Source: Anthoceros angustus (taxonomy: Eukaryota; Plantae; Anthocerotophyta). Taken from it: a DNA stretch of 64,000 nucleotides. Each line of letters starts with the position of its first letter. Within the stretch, counting starts at the first letter, position 1. The notes under the pieces are model-generated. The model saw nothing but the letters and a program-made list of their open reading frames with translations. It did no database searches and had not been told where the DNA came from. The DNA is taken from assembly GCA_010909165.1 (NCBI GenBank), contig VJWM01000011.1, positions 1,240,001 to 1,304,000 of the forward strand, written 5' to 3'. This document shows, in pieces, positions 59,100-64,000 of the stretch. The translations under genes were made by a program, and so were the position numbers.

Positions 59100-62000
59100 A
59101 GTAGCACCACGCCAACGGAAGAAGGGAGCACCTCAAACTTTGCCAGCGACGATGGCAACAACGTCGACCAAACAAGCGATCTTGGAGGGAAGAAGGAGAG
59201 ATGCGAGACCGTGGAGGATTTCGTGTCCAAGCCAACTTCAATGGGGAGGGATCGACGCACCATCCAAATTTTCCAAGGGGTCCGAACCGCTCAATGGTAT
59301 CGAGAAAGTATCGCCACCCTGCACGCCCCCAACCTTCGCGCTTGAAGGATGCCTTCTGAACGATTCCGTGAATTGACCAAGAGGGTATGTATGTCAAACT
59401 CGTTGGAAAATCAAGCGAGGAAGAAAGTTGGGATCAGACATCATCGAGCGGTTCTATGCCCGAGATCGACATCCAACCCATACCACCATGCAAGCGTTGG
59501 TTCGCACGGGCTTACCTAAGCCAATGGCTAAACACGCCGCTAGCAGAAAGGACGTGGAGCAAGGTCGGCGAGAATTACGAAGAATCGATGCACCAAAAGA
59601 TCGAGGGCGCCAAGGAGGAAAGAAGAAGAAGAAGAAACGGGTGACTCAAGGAGGAAGAGTCTCAAGAGGAGGAGAGACCGAGGTGTCTGAGGAGGAGGAA
59701 GAGGACTCAAGAAGAGACTGAGGATGCCTGGAAGAAGAAGAGTATCGCAAGAAATAAGAAGAAAAGCCCAGAAGCGAGGGTAAAAGAAGGAGGTTAGATA
59801 CCGACCGAGAGGTTCCGCCGACCCAACTCCGCTGAAAGAAGTAGTGCGGGGAAGATTTGGAAAGTGATAAGAGGGTGGAGGAGCGATATCAACCAAGTGA
59901 AGGACAAAGAGCGGCGGAAGGCACCACACGCGAACCCATCTGGTGTGCGTATGCCACCAAGATGGGCACTCAAAGTCCAACCGCCTCCGCACCGGAAGTG
60001 AGTACGATTACGGGAGGAGTCCGAGGAATGGGAGGATGCTTACTAAGCCACCCCGGGCCGCGATCCCAAAACCATGTATCCGCCGGAGGTCCATCCATAC
60101 ACCGCCCGATGCAACCCATGGGAGGACCACGGAATCCTCCGGCGTGATGGTGGAGCTGGAATCGGGCATTACTCCAACGTGTCCATATCCCACCAGCGGT
60201 AATGGGGACTTGAGCGTTGTGTGGGATTGTGGCGGGCACATGGCGAGGCGGTATGTCCCAACCCTCGCAAGCAGTGCGATATGCCACTCCAGCGGAGACC
60301 ACCGCGCGCCTCCCTTCCTAAAGGCGTGCTACAAATTGAGGATGCTCGGTTGGCGGAGTGGGAAGAGGCGCGAGGGATGGAACGGAGTGGTGGCGAGGAG
60401 GAGAAGGCGGATCAAATCTTGGAAGTGTCTACTCGGCCGGAAGGAGCGAAGGAGAGGAGGGCAAGAGGAAGAAAAATGAAGACAAAAAGACACGGAGGAC
60501 TCAGACACCGCAAAGGAGGCAACCCGCTAAGGAAGGAGAGTTAACGATACCGCCAGAGGTCACGGAAGCCTCCGAACGTTGGGAGAAACGGACCCACCCA
60601 AAGCAACACCTCGCCCCACCGGAAGGGAGAAGTGAGATGTCAGAAGAGATCCGACAGACCGGGAGGGTCCGACCACCATGGGTGTCATGAGCCCGAGGAC
60701 TCGAGAGGCACGCGATGCAGCAAGGAGCCACCCACACCTTTAAGGTAGCCGACCGATGATGGATCAACAACATTTGGTAACACCGAGGCCTTGTTAAAAG
60801 ACAACCAAGTATCGGCAAGAAGTCCGAGGGCCATCAGGAGAAACCACGACGAAACCCCTTGAGTCGAAGGACAAGAATGTGGAGGTAAGGGTAGTGTCTC
60901 ATACCGGGCGCCAGTGGTTCGTAGAAATTTGTGTGTATCAAGATGCGATGACACGGGTCCGAGTCAACCTCATCACAAGCCACCGCAAAATTGGGCTTCA
61001 CATCCTTTGAGCCTCCACCAAGACTCGATGGCGGATATGTCAAGAAGAGCCGGGGAGTTGTCCGAGTCCAAGCCACCATAGCGAGCCCCTATACATTGGA
61101 TCAAACCGACCGGGACTAGGGTATGAGGTTGGGACGTGGCTTGGCCTGCATAAAGCTACACTTTGAAGAAGGAAATCCACTTCAAACCCGTGGATTGGGA
61201 TCCAAGGTCGAGAGGAAGGGTGGCTCTCACTTGGAGCAAGGATACATATTGTGGGGAAACCGTGAGCACCACGAGGGGTACACCGCCTGGATAGACGGAT
61301 GATGAAAGAAGACAGAGACGCCACCCTTTCGCCAAGATCACATGGTCCGAGGAGGAGATGGATTAATGAGGATGCCTTTGGAGCGGAGGTGGACGAGGAG
61401 GTTGATTGTTTTGGGCGACAAGTAACAAGAGACGGGCGAAGGAAGAAGAGGGTCCAAAGAAAAGATGAAGAGGTGGACCGGGAAGTAACCCGATTCACCT
61501 GACGAACTCTCAGAATGGGGATGCGAGAGGACGATCCCCGAGTGGAGGACGAGGGGTTTGGACGCAGCGAGGCAAAGACGAGAACGGAGACGGTGAACCC
61601 GACGACGTGGAAGAAGTGGAGGTCCGCAAATTCTCAAGTTTAAGAAAGGCATGCCTCCGGACCAAGGAAGGACTAAAGCTGGGGAGTTTTATGAGGTGTT
61701 CGCCTTCAAGGTCACGACATGAAGGGCATTCAAGAAGTGGGAGAGCATAAGATCGATTTGAAGGAGCGTGCCAAATCAATCCGACAATACAAGCTCAACC
61801 CCAAGTATTCGATCAAGGTGAAGGAGGTCCTTGATAAGTACCGGAGGCGACATCATTTTCCCCATCGCCACACGAGTGGGTCGCCGATTGTGGTGGTCCC
61901 AAGAAACACCAGACAAATTCGGTATGCCAAGATTGAGGAAGCTCAACAAGAACGAGAAGGACCACTTCCGATGCCATTCAGAGACATTTTGGACAAGGTG

Positions 62001-64000
62001 GTCGGAACACTTACTCCTTCCTCGGATGGCTACTCCGGATAACCAATTGCACCTAAGGGAGTTTGACCGGGACAAGACGACCTTCACTACGGAGTGGTAC
62101 GCTTGCCTACAAGAGAAGTGCCTTTGGGATGACCGAGCGCTGTGGTCGCTCATGCGTATGGTGACCAACGCCTTCCGTGACTTCGAGGGACTTCATGGAG
62201 ATATTCCCCGGATGATTTTGTGTGCATGGGGAGCAGTGACAAACACCTTGGACATCTAAGAAAGGTGCTTGAGCGCCGGAGACTCAATTGAGCCTACACC
62301 GAGAAATGCTACTTTGGAATGACGGAGGGAATCTTGTCACATCGGGTGCACGGAATCGAGGTGGACCAGACAAGGTCCGGTCATCCGCCTCCACCACCGA
62401 ACCTAAAGGAGCCGAGAGGTTTCGGAATGGTGGGATACCGCCGTTTATTAAGGACTTTGCTAAGAGGGCGCTAAGTTGATGTAATCATGAAGGAGGAGGT
62501 TTGGACCGTCTCGTGAGAGAGGAGGAGGCCTTCCGGATTTAACACCTTGGTAAGCGCACTGCCTAAGAGGACCGGATCGAGCAAGAAATTTCATGTGTAT
62601 GTAGATGTGTCCGCTTTTGCTATCGGAGTAGTGCCGAGCCGTAAGGACGACAAGCAAGGGATTATCCGTATACTACGCGACGTACCACCCAGAACTAAAA
62701 ATACACAACTACAGAGCGCCAATCGGGTATGGTATATGTCCAAGAAATTCGACACTACCGCTACCCAAAGTGAGTTTGTGTTCTATGTAGACCACTTTGC
62801 TCATCCGTGAATAAGGGACCGTCCGGATAGCAAGGTGGATATTGTTGCCGCAGGAGTTCACGAAGTGGAAACAAGACAAGGGAGGCAAGACCAAATGCAT
62901 TTCGTCACGATTGAAAACACAAGTGTTGAGAGATCGTGAAGATGCGCTCCTGGATGAGACATTGGTTGCCGCAGAAAAGTACAACCGAGGAGCCCACCGA
63001 CCAACCCCAAGCTACGAGAACGGCACTTAGCGGAGAAGGGAGGGTCCGGCCGTCCGACCCACGAAGAAATGGAGCGGTACTGGGAATGGAGCTTCAAAAT
63101 CGACTGTGACGAGGGAGGCATTCGTGCACTATGCTCGACCCTTCGTAATGTACAACGGTGTGTGTTCAAATTAGGGCCGAGAGTAGAACGAAGGTACTTA
63201 CAACCGCAGAGATGTGAGCGCCGGAATGCACAAGGATTGGGGAGGACACTACGCAAAGACAGTCACCACCAAAAGATTTTGAAGCGGATACCGTGGCCAA
63301 CAATGTATGGGGACACCCACCGCTTAGGAAGAAGTGTGATGCTTGTCACGGATCGGAAGCCAACCACAACACAATGGCGGCCATACCGGCACCCGCCTTT
63401 AAAAGTGGGGTATTGACTTTGGACCTATACACCAACACGAGGCACACAAAGCGATACATTTGGTGGCAACGGACATCGCACTGTGGGTAGAGGCGGCGAA
63501 CAAGAACGGACTGCAAGCACGTGGCAAATTCCTTTATGAGAACATCATACGCGATGGGTGTCCGCCGCTGAGTATAGAGGACCCATTTCAATGATGTGAT
63601 CCGCCATGACGGAGTATTTTGGCATCAATCATCGCAAGACGGCACCCTACAACCCTAAGGCCAATGGGTTGACGAGAAGACAAATGGGCTCATCTCAGAT
63701 CCCGAATAAACTTACAACTACGCACACGATCGATACCAAGTTGCCATCCGACTGGCCGTGACGGCAGAGAAGGTGACCACGCAACAACGACTTTAACCTA
63801 TGGGCACCGCCTCGTAATGCCGTGGAGTTTGAAGTACCACACTTCGAGTAATGATGGAAGAAAGAGGAGGAAAGCCAACGAGCGACTTTGGGGTTTGTCC
63901 AACACACGAGGGTCGGAAGAAGCACAAAGATGCAAACCCAAGATTTGGCACGAGCCGAATCGGGAGTATGGAGGCGGAGATTTGGCCCTCCTTTATGATA
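59100..64000 (+). mobile_element. Ty3/Gypsy gag-pol (gag, RT, RNase H, integrase), heavily frameshifted, runs off the window
   Basis: EHKIDLK..YKLNPKY, SPIVVVP, DGYSG, DKTTFTTEW, FIKDFAK, FHVYVDVSAFAIG, FYVDH, and a YNPKANG-type integrase motif near 63650. Confidence 0.92.

Overview
Eukaryotic nuclear DNA from a seed-free land plant. A hornwort fits best (short GT-AG introns of about 75-160 nt, tightly packed genes, DYW:KP-type PPR proteins), but a lycophyte or fern is not excluded. A gene island at about 13-46 kb is bracketed by Ty3/Gypsy debris (1-12.5 kb and 50.8-64 kb). Apparently intact genes are a 10-exon GRDP1-like (DUF1399) gene, a 4-exon GH31 alpha-xylosidase/alpha-glucosidase, a 3-exon PLS-class PPR protein with a DYW:KP domain (U-to-C editing type), a group-3 LEA gene, a secreted Gly/His-rich protein with 24 x 11-aa repeats, and an intronless F-box gene. 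Pseudogenes and fragments include two more KP-type PPRs, an inverted GRDP copy, a GNA lectin, importin-11 exons and an RLK tail. The most unusual part is 28.7-36.8 kb. There, seven copies of one 3'-terminal stem-loop, most followed by a microsatellite tail, end different sequences: a LINE ORF2 end, an ORF1-only element, short SINE-like elements, and the 3' side of a divergent intronless TFIIB gene with a long Gln-Ala insertion. That TFIIB has a second, inverted copy at 8.8-10 kb. Small deletions are dense in some repeats (8.8-9.9 kb, 48-64 kb) and look like unpolished long-read error, so some pseudogene calls are provisional. All homology calls are by eye from known motifs; no searches were run.
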